From an uncultured cyanobacterium (GTDB taxonomy: Bacteria > Cyanobacteriota > Cyanobacteriia > Pseudanabaenales > Pseudanabaenaceae): DNA of 64,000 nucleotides. The DNA lies in the NCBI GenBank assembly GCA_963703315.1, contig OY969811.1, positions 3,680,001 through 3,744,000 of the forward strand. The letters are read 5' to 3'. Of this stretch, positions 9,610 to 18,446 are shown one piece after another (the stretch's first letter is position 1; each line of letters begins with the position of its first letter). The translations under genes were made by a program, and so were the position numbers. The notes under the pieces are model-generated. The model made no database searches, had not been told where the DNA came from, and worked only from the letters and a program-made list of their open reading frames with translations.

Positions 9610-9857
9610 GAAATCTCTAAACGCAGTTGACTATTCATTAGCTATTCTCGCTTTAACACTCTAGGGAACTGGTTTAAAGTTGGAAATAAATCATGAGAGA
9701 TCGGTAACTCGATATACGAACCAACCTGATAAGTCCTCTCAATTTATTCGGCTGAGGTGCTTTATAAATAATAACTGTCACAATAATCTAATGTAAGAAT
9801 GAAAGCTAATCAGATTTTTATACTAAAATAGAGAAGATAAAATTACTGAGAATCCTC

Positions 9858-10601
9858 ATGATTTCTCAAACTGGGCGCATTCATTCAATTGAAACTTTTG
9901 GGACAGTAGACGGACCGGGGATCAGGTTTATTGTATTTACACAGGGCTGTCCCCTGCGTTGTCTCTATTGCCATAACCCCGACTGTCGTAATGCCCATGA
10001 TGGCAAAGAAGTTACCGTTGATTATTTAATTGACGAGATTAAAAAATGTAAATCCTTCATTCGCAAAGGGGGCGTAACTGTAAGCGGCGGTGAACCCTTG
10101 ATGCAACCCGAATTTACCAGAGAAATATTTCGGCGTTGCCATGAGCTTGGCTTACATACTGCCCTTGATACATCGGGTTACTGTGCGATCGAGGTGGCGC
10201 AACCCGTTCTCGAAGAAACTGACTTGGTGCTGCTGGATATCAAATCCTACATTCCCGAACTCTATTACCAAGTTACCAGCGTTTCCATCGAGCCAACACT
10301 TTCAATGGCAAGGTATCTCAGTGACATTGGCAAGCCTGTTTGGATCAGATTTGTGTTAGTCCCGCACCTCACCGATAATCTCGACAATATCAATCAACTG
10401 GCTGACTTTATCGCCACACTCAAAAATATAGAAAGATTAGAGGTTTTACCATTTCATAAAATGGGAGAATATAAGTGGGAACAGTTGGGCTTGCCCTATT
10501 CCCTCAAAGACACACCACCTGCACCGCCCGAACTTGTACAGCAGACCGTTGATATCTTTCGCGATCGCGGGATCAATGCCCTTGGTGCAGTTGGGATTTA
10601 A
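9858..10601 (+). CDS. pflA: Pyruvate formate-lyase activating enzyme (radical SAM)
   Basis: GTVDGPGIRF, QGCPLRCLYCHNPD, GGVTVSGGEP, LPFHKMGEYKW. Confidence 0.95.
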   Translation: MISQTGRIHSIETFGTVDGPGIRFIVFTQGCPLRCLYCHNPDCRNAHDGKEVTVDYLIDEIKKCKSFIRKGGVTVSGGEPLMQPEFTREIFRRCHELGLHTALDTSGYCAIEVAQPVLEETDLVLLDIKSYIPELYYQVTSVSIEPTLSMARYLSDIGKPVWIRFVLVPHLTDNLDNINQLADFIATLKNIERLEVLPFHKMGEYKWEQLGLPYSLKDTPPAPPELVQQTVDIFRDRGINALGAVGI

Positions 10602-10653
10602 TGACCTGCTCCCAATATCCGAATAAACCTAAATTATTAGGAGGTAAGGGGTT

Positions 10654-11103
10654 ATGCTACACAAACATCATGAACAATATCAAGAGAAAATCATTTCCCT
10701 TTGGGTTGTGTTTTTGCTAGGTTTACTCTTCCATACCCAGCTAGGATTAATGCCCTTATTTCACGGGCTAAACATCATCACATCCCAGTCTCAGAATATG
10801 GCAGAGATTGCTCCGATTATGTGGTTGATGCTAAGTTTCTTTGTGCTGCCAATGGCGGCAATCATCGGTACTGTTTTCACTAATTCAAGGGGCTATCGCA
10901 CGATCCACTTTGGTTTTACGGTACTTTACACCATGTTAAATTTTTCCCATCTCATTGCCGATATCATGGTGCGGACTGATTTATATCAAATCGCACTCAT
11001 GGCGATTCTATTCGCGATCGGGCTTTTGATTAATCTAGTTTCTTGGCAATGGATGCGCGATCGCTCCCACAGATCCACCCATCAACATCTACAGCATTCT
11101 TGA
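10654..11103 (+). CDS. Hypothetical 4-TM membrane protein with several His near or in helices
   Basis: Four hydrophobic segments; GGAGG RBS upstream. Confidence 0.75.
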   Translation: MLHKHHEQYQEKIISLWVVFLLGLLFHTQLGLMPLFHGLNIITSQSQNMAEIAPIMWLMLSFFVLPMAAIIGTVFTNSRGYRTIHFGFTVLYTMLNFSHLIADIMVRTDLYQIALMAILFAIGLLINLVSWQWMRDRSHRSTHQHLQHS

Positions 11104-11140
11104 CAATCTATTTGTTAGTAAATACAATGTAATTACTAAC
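11100..11140 (+). promoter_or_regulatory. Sigma70-type promoter and palindromic autoregulatory operator of the mazEF-like module
   Basis: TTGACA (11100-11105), 17-nt spacer, TACAAT (11123-11128); overlapping near-palindrome GTTAGTAAATACAATGTAATTACTAAC (11114-11140). Confidence 0.75.
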
Positions 11141-11153
11141 CGCAATCCACATT

Positions 11154-11414
11154 ATGAGTACAGCTATTAGAACTCGAATTGTTAAGATTGGAAATTCTCA
11201 AGGTGTGCGTATTCCTAAATTGCTCCTAGAGCAAAGTGGTATTCATACAGAAGTTGAGATCGAAGTTGAGGGAGATCATCTAACTATTCGCCAAGTCAGA
11301 CATCCCCGCGCAGGATGGGATCAAGCCTTTGCCCAGATGGCGCAAAACCATGATGATGTGCTTTTAGACGAAGTTAGTACAACTGAATGGGATCAAGTTG
11401 AATGGGAGTGGTAA
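11154..11414 (+). CDS. AbrB/MazE-family antitoxin
   Basis: IVKIGNSQGVRIPK swapped-hairpin motif; acidic C-terminal tail; overlaps the toxin gene. Confidence 0.9.
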   Translation: MSTAIRTRIVKIGNSQGVRIPKLLLEQSGIHTEVEIEVEGDHLTIRQVRHPRAGWDQAFAQMAQNHDDVLLDEVSTTEWDQVEWEW

Positions 11415-11731
11415 TTACAAGATTTGATGTTGTCTTAGTCAATCTTGATCCCACCATTGGTAGTGAAATTCAGAAGACACGCCCCTGTCTTGTCATTTCC
11501 CCTGATCAAATGAATCTCCATATTTCCACAGTCATAATTGCTCCAATGACGACAAAAGGGAAAGTATATCCTAGTCGGATCAATTGTCAGTTTCAAGGCA
11601 AAAATGGGCAAATAGTTCTAGATCAGATCCGTACTATTGATAAAACTCGATTGGTCAAGAAATTGGGGCGAATTAATCAAGATGAACAAAAATTAGTACT
11701 TGCCACCTTAGCTAAAATGTTTGCTGAGTAG
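11402..11731 (+). CDS. PemK/MazF-family endoribonuclease toxin
   Basis: LVNLDPTIGSEIQKTRPCLVISPD, IAPMTT, LDQIRTIDKTRL. Confidence 0.93.
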   Translation: MGVVITRFDVVLVNLDPTIGSEIQKTRPCLVISPDQMNLHISTVIIAPMTTKGKVYPSRINCQFQGKNGQIVLDQIRTIDKTRLVKKLGRINQDEQKLVLATLAKMFAE

Positions 11732-11848
11732 GCTTTTAAATCATTTAAGAATTGTACAGATCCCTCTCAAATGCAGACAGAATCCTTTTCAAGGGGGACT
11801 GGAGGGATCTCTTAGGGATTGCAACAAAAATATTAATGGGAACTGAGC

Positions 11849-14440
11849 ATGAAAGTTACGAATATCGAAGAATTGGAATCGCTGATTCAACGGGTGAAGA
11901 TTGCCCAAGCAAAATTTGCTGATTTTACCCAAGAGCAGGTCGATCGCATCTTTAAACAGGCAGCACTGGCGGCTAATGCAGCGCGGATTCCCCTAGCCAA
12001 GGCAGCAGTGAAAGAGTCGGGTATGGGCGTAATCGAAGACAAGGCGATTAAAAATCACTTTGCTTCGGAAATGATTTACAACAAGTATAAGAACGATAAA
12101 ACTTGTGGTGTAATTGAGTCGGACAAGCATTTTGGCTATGAGCGCATTGCTGAACCTGTGGGACTTTTAGCGGGGATCGTGCCTGTTACCAATCCCACAT
12201 CAACGACGATTTTCAAAGCGTTGATCTCGCTAAAAACCAGAAATGGAATTATTTTCTCGCCGCATCCCCATGCGAAGGAATGCACGATCGCCGCAGCGAA
12301 AATTGTCCTAGAGGCAGCCGTCGCCGCAGGTGCGCCCCCCGATATCATTGGCTGGATTGATGAGCCGACCGTGCCACTCTCTCAAGCCTTGATGCAGAAT
12401 CCGAACATTAAGTTGATTCTGGCAACAGGTGGACCGGGCATGGTCAAAGCCGCCTATTCTTCAGGACATCCTTCCATCGGTGTTGGTGCTGGCAATACTC
12501 CCGCGATCATTGATGAAACCGCCCATATTCAGATGGCGGTAAGTTCGATCATTCTCAGTAAGACCTTTGACAATGGCACGATTTGCGCCTCGGAACAATC
12601 GGTGGTGGTGGTTGATGCAATTTATGAAGAAGTAAGAGAGGAATTTATTAAGCGTGGGGCTTATTTCCTGAATGCAGAGGAACGCGATCTCATTCGTCAG
12701 GTGATTTTGACCGATGGGCGCTTGAATGCGGCGATTGTCGGTCAATCGGTGCAAAAAATTGCGGAAGTTGCGGGATTTACGATCGCTGACAATACTAGGG
12801 TTTTGATTGGGGAAGTTGAGGTGATCGATAAGGATGAACCCTTTGCCTATGAGAAATTGTCGCCAATTTTAGCGATGTATCGGGCGAAGGATTTCCATGA
12901 TGCAGTGGACAAAGCCGATGCCCTCGTTCTATTTGGCGGACATGGACATACTTCGGTACTGTATACGGCTCCTAATAATCAGGAACATATTCGTTATTTT
13001 GAGGCGAAGTTAGAAACATCACGGGTACTGATTAATACGCCATCGTCACAGGGGGCGATCGGTGATCTTTATAATTTCCGTCTTGATCCCTCGCTAACTC
13101 TTGGTTGTGGCTCTTGGGGTGGAAATTCCGTTTCTGCAAACGTCACGCCTCACCATTTGCTGAATGTGAAAACCGCCGCCGAACGCCGCGAGAATATGCT
13201 GTGGTTTCGCATTCCACCCAAAATTTACTTCAAATCTGGCTGCTTGCCTGTGGCATTGCGGGATCTCGCAGGCAAAAAACGCGCTTTAATTGTCACCGAT
13301 CGCCCTTTATTTGAACTTGGCTTAACTAAAGAAGTCACCGATAGCTTAGAAGAAGTCGGACTAGCTCACTACACCTTTTACGATGTCGAACCCGATCCTT
13401 CTTTGGCAACGGTGCGGAAAGGACTAGCGATCTGCAATAGTTTCCAGCCCGACGTGATCATTGCCTTTGGTGGGGGATCGCCGATGGATGCCGCCAAAAT
13501 CATGTGGCTGCTATACGAACATCCTGAAATCGAGTTTGAAGGCTTGGCGATGCGATTTATGGATATTCGCAAACGGGTCTATGAGTTGCCTCCTTTGGGC
13601 GCAAAAGCAATGCTGGTTGCTGTTCCCACCACATCGGGAACGGGTTCAGAAGTAACACCTTTTGCCGTAGTTACCGACGAAAAAACGGGGATCAAGTATC
13701 CTCTCGCTGATTATGCCTTGACTCCAAATATGGCGATCGTCGATCCCGAATTGACCGCTAATATTCCTAAACGCCTTACCGCTTACGGTGGTATTGATGC
13801 CCTCACCCATGCGATCGAGGCGTACGTTTCCGTATTGGCTTCAGAATATACCAATGGATTGTCTCTCGAAGCAATTCGTTTACTGTTCAAATATCTACCC
13901 AGTGCCTACAAGAATGGCGCAAATGATCCTAAAGCCAGAGAAAAAGTGCATTACGCCGCCACGATCGCAGGGTTAGCTTTTGCCAATGCCTTCTTAGGTG
14001 TGTGTCACTCGATCGCCCACCAATTGGGTGGTACTTGCCACATTGCTCACGGTTTGGCTAATGCCTTGATGATTAGTCATGTGATTCGTTACAACGCCAC
14101 CGATGTTCCCTTTAAGCAAGCGATCTTCTCACAGAATAAGTATCCCAATAGCAAATGGCGCTATGCAAGGATTGCCGACTATCTGAATTTAGGCGGTGCG
14201 AATGAAGAGGAAAAAGTGGTGAATCTGATTGCGGCGATCGAAGATCTCAAGCGGCAAGTGGATATTCCTGCCACGATTAAGGATGCACTGGCTGAGCAAG
14301 GTATCGGTGAAGAGTTCTTCATGGCTCATGTCGAAGATATGGCGGATCAAGCCTTTGATGATCAATGTACGGGTGCAAATCCCCGCTATCCATTGATTGC
14401 TGACCTTAAGCAGCTAATGCTACAGGCATACAGTGGTTAG
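11849..14440 (+). CDS. adhE: Bifunctional acetaldehyde-CoA/alcohol dehydrogenase
   Basis: ALDH half (PVTNPTST, ATGGPGMV, GTICASEQ, LTLGCGSWGGN) plus Fe-ADH half (GGGSPMDAAK, PTTSGTGSE, HSIAHQLG..HGLAN). Confidence 0.97.
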   Translation: MKVTNIEELESLIQRVKIAQAKFADFTQEQVDRIFKQAALAANAARIPLAKAAVKESGMGVIEDKAIKNHFASEMIYNKYKNDKTCGVIESDKHFGYERIAEPVGLLAGIVPVTNPTSTTIFKALISLKTRNGIIFSPHPHAKECTIAAAKIVLEAAVAAGAPPDIIGWIDEPTVPLSQALMQNPNIKLILATGGPGMVKAAYSSGHPSIGVGAGNTPAIIDETAHIQMAVSSIILSKTFDNGTICASEQSVVVVDAIYEEVREEFIKRGAYFLNAEERDLIRQVILTDGRLNAAIVGQSVQKIAEVAGFTIADNTRVLIGEVEVIDKDEPFAYEKLSPILAMYRAKDFHDAVDKADALVLFGGHGHTSVLYTAPNNQEHIRYFEAKLETSRVLINTPSSQGAIGDLYNFRLDPSLTLGCGSWGGNSVSANVTPHHLLNVKTAAERRENMLWFRIPPKIYFKSGCLPVALRDLAGKKRALIVTDRPLFELGLTKEVTDSLEEVGLAHYTFYDVEPDPSLATVRKGLAICNSFQPDVIIAFGGGSPMDAAKIMWLLYEHPEIEFEGLAMRFMDIRKRVYELPPLGAKAMLVAVPTTSGTGSEVTPFAVVTDEKTGIKYPLADYALTPNMAIVDPELTANIPKRLTAYGGIDALTHAIEAYVSVLASEYTNGLSLEAIRLLFKYLPSAYKNGANDPKAREKVHYAATIAGLAFANAFLGVCHSIAHQLGGTCHIAHGLANALMISHVIRYNATDVPFKQAIFSQNKYPNSKWRYARIADYLNLGGANEEEKVVNLIAAIEDLKRQVDIPATIKDALAEQGIGEEFFMAHVEDMADQAFDDQCTGANPRYPLIADLKQLMLQAYSG

Positions 14441-14441
14441 G

Positions 14442-14488
14442 TAAATAATGAGTGATGCGCGGCTAAGCCGCGCATCACTCATTATTTA
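14442..14488. repeat. Family F palindrome directly after adhE (likely also a terminator)
   Basis: TAAATAATGAGTGATGCGCGGC-TAA-GCCGCGCATCACTCATTATTTA; homologous hairpin at 58243-58293. Confidence 0.75.
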
Positions 14489-14538
14489 TTGGGAATAGAT
14501 TATTTTGGCGATCGCCAAAATCCTTAACATAACTTAGC

Positions 14539-14560
14539 TTGACATTATACATAGGTATAA
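14539..14560 (+). promoter_or_regulatory. TTGACA followed by palindromic operator upstream of ho2
   Basis: TTGACA (14539-14544) abutting TTATAC-ATAG-GTATAA (14545-14560). Confidence 0.45.
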
Positions 14561-14599
14561 ACTCTAGGATACTGCCACATAAGTTTTGTGGAAATGCCG

Positions 14600-15328
14600 A
14601 TGAGTCACCTAGCTACCCGTCTACGCGAAGGTACGCAAAAATCCCATACTGCTGCCGAGAATACTGCATTTATGAAGTGCTTTCTCAAAGGCATTGTCGA
14701 GATCGTTCCTTTTAGAAAATTATTAGCAAATCTCTATCTTGTTTACAGTACACTCGAAGCAGAATTAAAGTGTCATTCGCAACATCCCATAGTTGGGAAA
14801 ATGCATTTTCCAGAACTTGATCGCCAACAAAGTTTAGAACAGGATTTAGCTTTCTATTATGGCGATAATTGGCGATCGCAAATTGTGCCTTTAAACGCTG
14901 GACAGGCTTATGTTGATCGCCTCAAGGAAATTTCTAATACTTATCCTGAACTACTGATTGCCCATTCCTATACGCGCTATATGGGCGATCTTTCAGGTGG
15001 TCAAGCCTTGAAGCATATTGTGCGTTCGGCTCTGGATTTGCCTAGCGATCGCGGTACAACTTTTTATGAATTTGACCAATTGCCGACGGTAGAAGCAAAG
15101 CGGGACTTTAAAGAGAAATATCGTCAAGCTTTAGATTCTCTTTCTTTGGATGAAGCAACGATTTTAGCAATTGTAGAAGAAGCAAATTACGCTTTTACCC
15201 TCAATCGGAATGTGGTCGATGAGTTGGAAGCAGATGTTAAAGCCGTACTTGATCCCCATGTATTTGAATTGCTGACTAAGCAGGATCGGGCAGGTAGCAC
15301 TGAGCGCCATCATAGTCACGCTGCATAG
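14600..15328 (+). CDS. ho2: Heme oxygenase (biliverdin-producing), low-O2 HO2 type
   Basis: LREGTQKSHTAAENTAFMKCFLKG, AHSYTRYMGDLSGGQ; adjacent to hemN and acsF. Start could be 14588, 14594 or 14600. Confidence 0.9.
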   Translation: MSHLATRLREGTQKSHTAAENTAFMKCFLKGIVEIVPFRKLLANLYLVYSTLEAELKCHSQHPIVGKMHFPELDRQQSLEQDLAFYYGDNWRSQIVPLNAGQAYVDRLKEISNTYPELLIAHSYTRYMGDLSGGQALKHIVRSALDLPSDRGTTFYEFDQLPTVEAKRDFKEKYRQALDSLSLDEATILAIVEEANYAFTLNRNVVDELEADVKAVLDPHVFELLTKQDRAGSTERHHSHAA

Positions 15329-15334
15329 AAATCA

Positions 15335-15369
15335 TCAGAATAAACAGCGCTTCGCGCTGTTTATTCTGA
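15335..15369 (+). repeat. Intergenic hairpin with GCTTCGC/GCGAAGC loop
   Basis: TCAGAATAAACAGCGC-TTC-GCGCTGTTTATTCTGA. Confidence 0.65.
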
Positions 15370-15391
15370 AATATTTATAGGAATTGAATGA

Positions 15392-16792
15392 ATGACTACA
15401 ACCACACAGACAGTTAAATTTGATATTAATCTCTTACATAAATATAATCAGCCCGTCCCCAGATATACCAGTTATCCCCCCGCAACAGAGTTAAACGAAA
15501 ACTTTCAACAAATCGATTTTCGAGGCGCGATCACGGCAGGTAATTTGCAGAAAACGCCTTTATCTCTCTATGCTCACATTCCCTTTTGTGATACCCCCTG
15601 TTATTTCTGCGGTTGCAATACTGTAATTAGCACTCGCAAGGAAATTGCGGAACCTTATTTAGGTTATCTAATTCGCCATATTGAGCAGGTTGCGGCAACG
15701 GTAGATCGCGATCGCCTAGTCCAGCAAATGCACTGGGGCGGAGGCACTCCTAACTATTTCTCCTTTGATCAAGTGGAAAGATTATGGCAAAGTTTTCAAT
15801 CGCATTTTACTTTTGCCGCCGATGCGGAAATTTCCATTGAAGTAAACCCGCGATCGCTGACTAAGGAATATTTACAAGGTTTACGCAATCTCGGTTTTAA
15901 CCGCATCAGTTTTGGCATTCAGGATTTTAATCCACAGGTTCAAGAAGCAGTTAATCGCATTCAGCCCGAAGAGATGCTATTTGAAGGAATGCGTTGGATG
16001 CGTGAAGTGGGCTTTGAAGGTGTGAATGTCGATTTAATCTATGGCTTACCCTATCAAACCCTAGAGACATTCCGCGAAACCCTCGATAAAACCATTGCTC
16101 TTGATCCCGATCGCATTGCGGTATTTAATTTTGCTTATGTGCCTTGGCTAAAGCCATTGCAGAAAAAGAAGATCGATCCCAACACTTTGCCTTCCCCTGA
16201 AGAGAAGTTGCAAATTATGCAAATGACAATTGAGACTTTAACCAATCATGGTTATGTATTTATTGGCATGGATCACTTTGCTAAGCCCAATGATGAATTG
16301 GCGATCGCCCAACGTCAAGGCAACTTACATCGCAATTTCCAAGGCTATACCACCAAGCCCGAATCTGATCTTTTAGGCTTTGGCATGACTTCTATCAGTA
16401 TGCTCCAAAATGTCTATACCCAAAATCATAAAGGGATACAGGACTTTTACAAAGCGATCGATGCAGGGCAATTACCGATTGAGCGTGGTGTCACCCTCAA
16501 TGCCGATGATATTTTGCGGCGTTCGATCATTATGGAATTGATGTGTCAATTTGAACTATCCCAGCAAGAAATTGAAGCCAAATATCATTTAACCTGCGAT
16601 CGCGATTTTGGTAAATATTTTGAGCCAGAACGCTTGAAACTGCGTCAGTTGGAAGCTGATGGTTTGATCGAACTAGAACGCGATCGCATTGAAGTCACTC
16701 CTGCGGGAAGGTTACTAATTCGCAATATTGCCTCGGTCTTTGATAGCTATCTCGCCAAAAATGACATAGGAAGATTCTCGAAATCAATTTAA
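15392..16792 (+). CDS. hemN: Oxygen-independent coproporphyrinogen III oxidase
   Basis: PRYTSYPPA, HIPFCDTPCYFCGC, HWGGGTP, DLIYGLP, IGMDHFA, LHRNFQGY. Confidence 0.97.
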   Translation: MTTTTQTVKFDINLLHKYNQPVPRYTSYPPATELNENFQQIDFRGAITAGNLQKTPLSLYAHIPFCDTPCYFCGCNTVISTRKEIAEPYLGYLIRHIEQVAATVDRDRLVQQMHWGGGTPNYFSFDQVERLWQSFQSHFTFAADAEISIEVNPRSLTKEYLQGLRNLGFNRISFGIQDFNPQVQEAVNRIQPEEMLFEGMRWMREVGFEGVNVDLIYGLPYQTLETFRETLDKTIALDPDRIAVFNFAYVPWLKPLQKKKIDPNTLPSPEEKLQIMQMTIETLTNHGYVFIGMDHFAKPNDELAIAQRQGNLHRNFQGYTTKPESDLLGFGMTSISMLQNVYTQNHKGIQDFYKAIDAGQLPIERGVTLNADDILRRSIIMELMCQFELSQQEIEAKYHLTCDRDFGKYFEPERLKLRQLEADGLIELERDRIEVTPAGRLLIRNIASVFDSYLAKNDIGRFSKSI

Positions 16793-16796
16793 ATCT

Positions 16797-17216
16797 ATGA
16801 CCACTACTTTGACAAAACCGATCGCTTACTGGCAACAAGAATATGTAACTGGTAACTCACAGGTTGATGGACAACATCAGCAAATCTTTGAGATTGTCAA
16901 TGCCCTCCATGATGCTGTAATTACCAAGAAAAATGTTTATAGATTACAAGATCTTCTGGAATGTCTAGCCAATCACACCATCGAACATTTTCAAACGGAA
17001 GAGTCTTTGATGATGGCAGTGGACTATCCCGATTATGATCGCCACAAGCAAACCCACGATAACTTGGTAGCCAAAGTCGATAATTTACTTCTCAAATTTC
17101 GCGATCGGAATACAAAAGTCATCACCACAGAAATCACTCAATTTCTCACTGAATGGTTGGCTCACCATATCAAAGGCGAAGACCAGAAAATGATTCAGTT
17201 TTTGCAAAATAATTGA
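16797..17216 (+). CDS. Single-domain bacteriohemerythrin
   Basis: W...G...VDGQHQQI, EHFQTEE, YDRHKQTH, WLAHHIKGED: full H-HxxxE-HxxxH-HxxxxD di-iron ligand set. Confidence 0.93.
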   Translation: MTTTLTKPIAYWQQEYVTGNSQVDGQHQQIFEIVNALHDAVITKKNVYRLQDLLECLANHTIEHFQTEESLMMAVDYPDYDRHKQTHDNLVAKVDNLLLKFRDRNTKVITTEITQFLTEWLAHHIKGEDQKMIQFLQNN

Positions 17217-17249
17217 TCCCTCCTCCCAGCCCCTTAAATAATTACTACT

Positions 17250-18326
17250 ATGGTTTCCATTCAATCTCGCCCCGAACCTGAACTACTCCGTGATGGCATC
17301 AAAGTTCCTGTTAAAGAAACCCTCTTAACTCCCAGATTCTATACCACTGACTATGACAAGGTTGCAAAGATGGATACTTCTTTGCAGCAAGCGGAACTCG
17401 AAGCCGTTGTCGAAGAACTGCGTACCGACTACAATCGCAATCACTTCAAACGCGACCAAGAATTTGAACAATCTTGGGAGCATATTGATCAAGAAACCCG
17501 TGCTGCCTTCATTGACTTTTTAGAACGTTCTTGCACCTCTGAGTTTTCAGGTTTTTTGCTATTTAAGGAATTATCCCGTCAACTCAAAGATCGGAATCCT
17601 TTACTATCTGAAGCTTTTAACCTCATGGCAAGAGATGAAGCACGCCATGCAGGCTTCTTAAATAAAGCAATGAAGGATTTTCATTTGTCGCTAGATTTGG
17701 TCAATATGACTAAAAAACGTAGCTATACCTTCTTCAAGCCAGAATGGGTAATCTATTCCGTTTATCTGTCTGAGAAGATTGGTTACTGGCGCTATATTCT
17801 CGTGCATTATCATATGCAAAATCATCCTGAAAACCGCTTCTATCCTCTATTCAAATATTTTGAAAGCTGGTGTCAAGATGAGAACCGTCATGGTGATTTC
17901 TTTAAAGTACTATTGCGATCGCAGCCTGATTTATGGGGTACATGGCAAGCCAAACTCTGGGCGCGTTTCTTCCTCTTGACGGTATTTGCCACCCATACAA
18001 TCACCGTATTTGAACGGGCTGATTTCTATAAATCCATTGGTTTAGATGCTCGCCAATACAATAAAGAAGTCGTGGTCAATACCAATCACACCGCCATTAG
18101 TGCCTTCCCTGCGGTACTAGATACCAGTCATCCCGACTTTTTCCCTAGATTAGAGAAATGTGTTGATTATAATTTCAAGTTGATGGCAATTAATGAAAGC
18201 GATCGCCCTCAATTTGTGAAGACCTTACAGAAGTTACCTTTATTCTTGGCGATTGTCTGGCAGTTGCTATTGGTGTATTTAATCAAGCCCATTGATGCTG
18301 AAGCTCAACGTGGCAAAGTTCATTAA
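17250..18326 (+). CDS. acsF: Mg-protoporphyrin IX monomethyl ester oxidative cyclase, probably the low-O2 AcsFII/ChlAII paralog
   Basis: ETLLTPRFYTTD, ERSCTSEFSGFLL, DEARH, YLSEKIGYWRY, DENRH. Confidence 0.95.
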   Translation: MVSIQSRPEPELLRDGIKVPVKETLLTPRFYTTDYDKVAKMDTSLQQAELEAVVEELRTDYNRNHFKRDQEFEQSWEHIDQETRAAFIDFLERSCTSEFSGFLLFKELSRQLKDRNPLLSEAFNLMARDEARHAGFLNKAMKDFHLSLDLVNMTKKRSYTFFKPEWVIYSVYLSEKIGYWRYILVHYHMQNHPENRFYPLFKYFESWCQDENRHGDFFKVLLRSQPDLWGTWQAKLWARFFLLTVFATHTITVFERADFYKSIGLDARQYNKEVVVNTNHTAISAFPAVLDTSHPDFFPRLEKCVDYNFKLMAINESDRPQFVKTLQKLPLFLAIVWQLLLVYLIKPIDAEAQRGKVH

Positions 18327-18327
18327 C

Positions 18328-18359
18328 AAAAAAAGCGGTGCAATGCACCGCTTTTTTTT
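18328..18359. terminator. Bidirectional intrinsic terminator
   Basis: AAAAAAAGCGGTGC-AAT-GCACCGCTTTTTTTT between convergent genes. Confidence 0.8.
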
Positions 18360-18360
18360 G

Positions 18361-18446
18361 TTATAGCGCTTTTCAAGCAAGCGAGTTACACAGAATTGTT
18401 TCCCCGCCAAAGGTTGGGAAACAATTCTGTACTTCATAGCGTTATA
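18361..18446. mobile_element. MITE family A, copy 2 (inverted, small deletion near the right end)
   Basis: TTATAGCGCTTTTCAAGCAAGCGAGTTACA...GTACTTCA aligns to the reverse complement of 2605-2699. Confidence 0.8.

Noticed and set aside
9678..9753. Imperfect long hairpin upstream of pflA (AATAAAT..TGAGAG / CTCTCA..ATTTATT)
   Set aside because: Weak AT-rich pairing, single copy, no recognisable motif.
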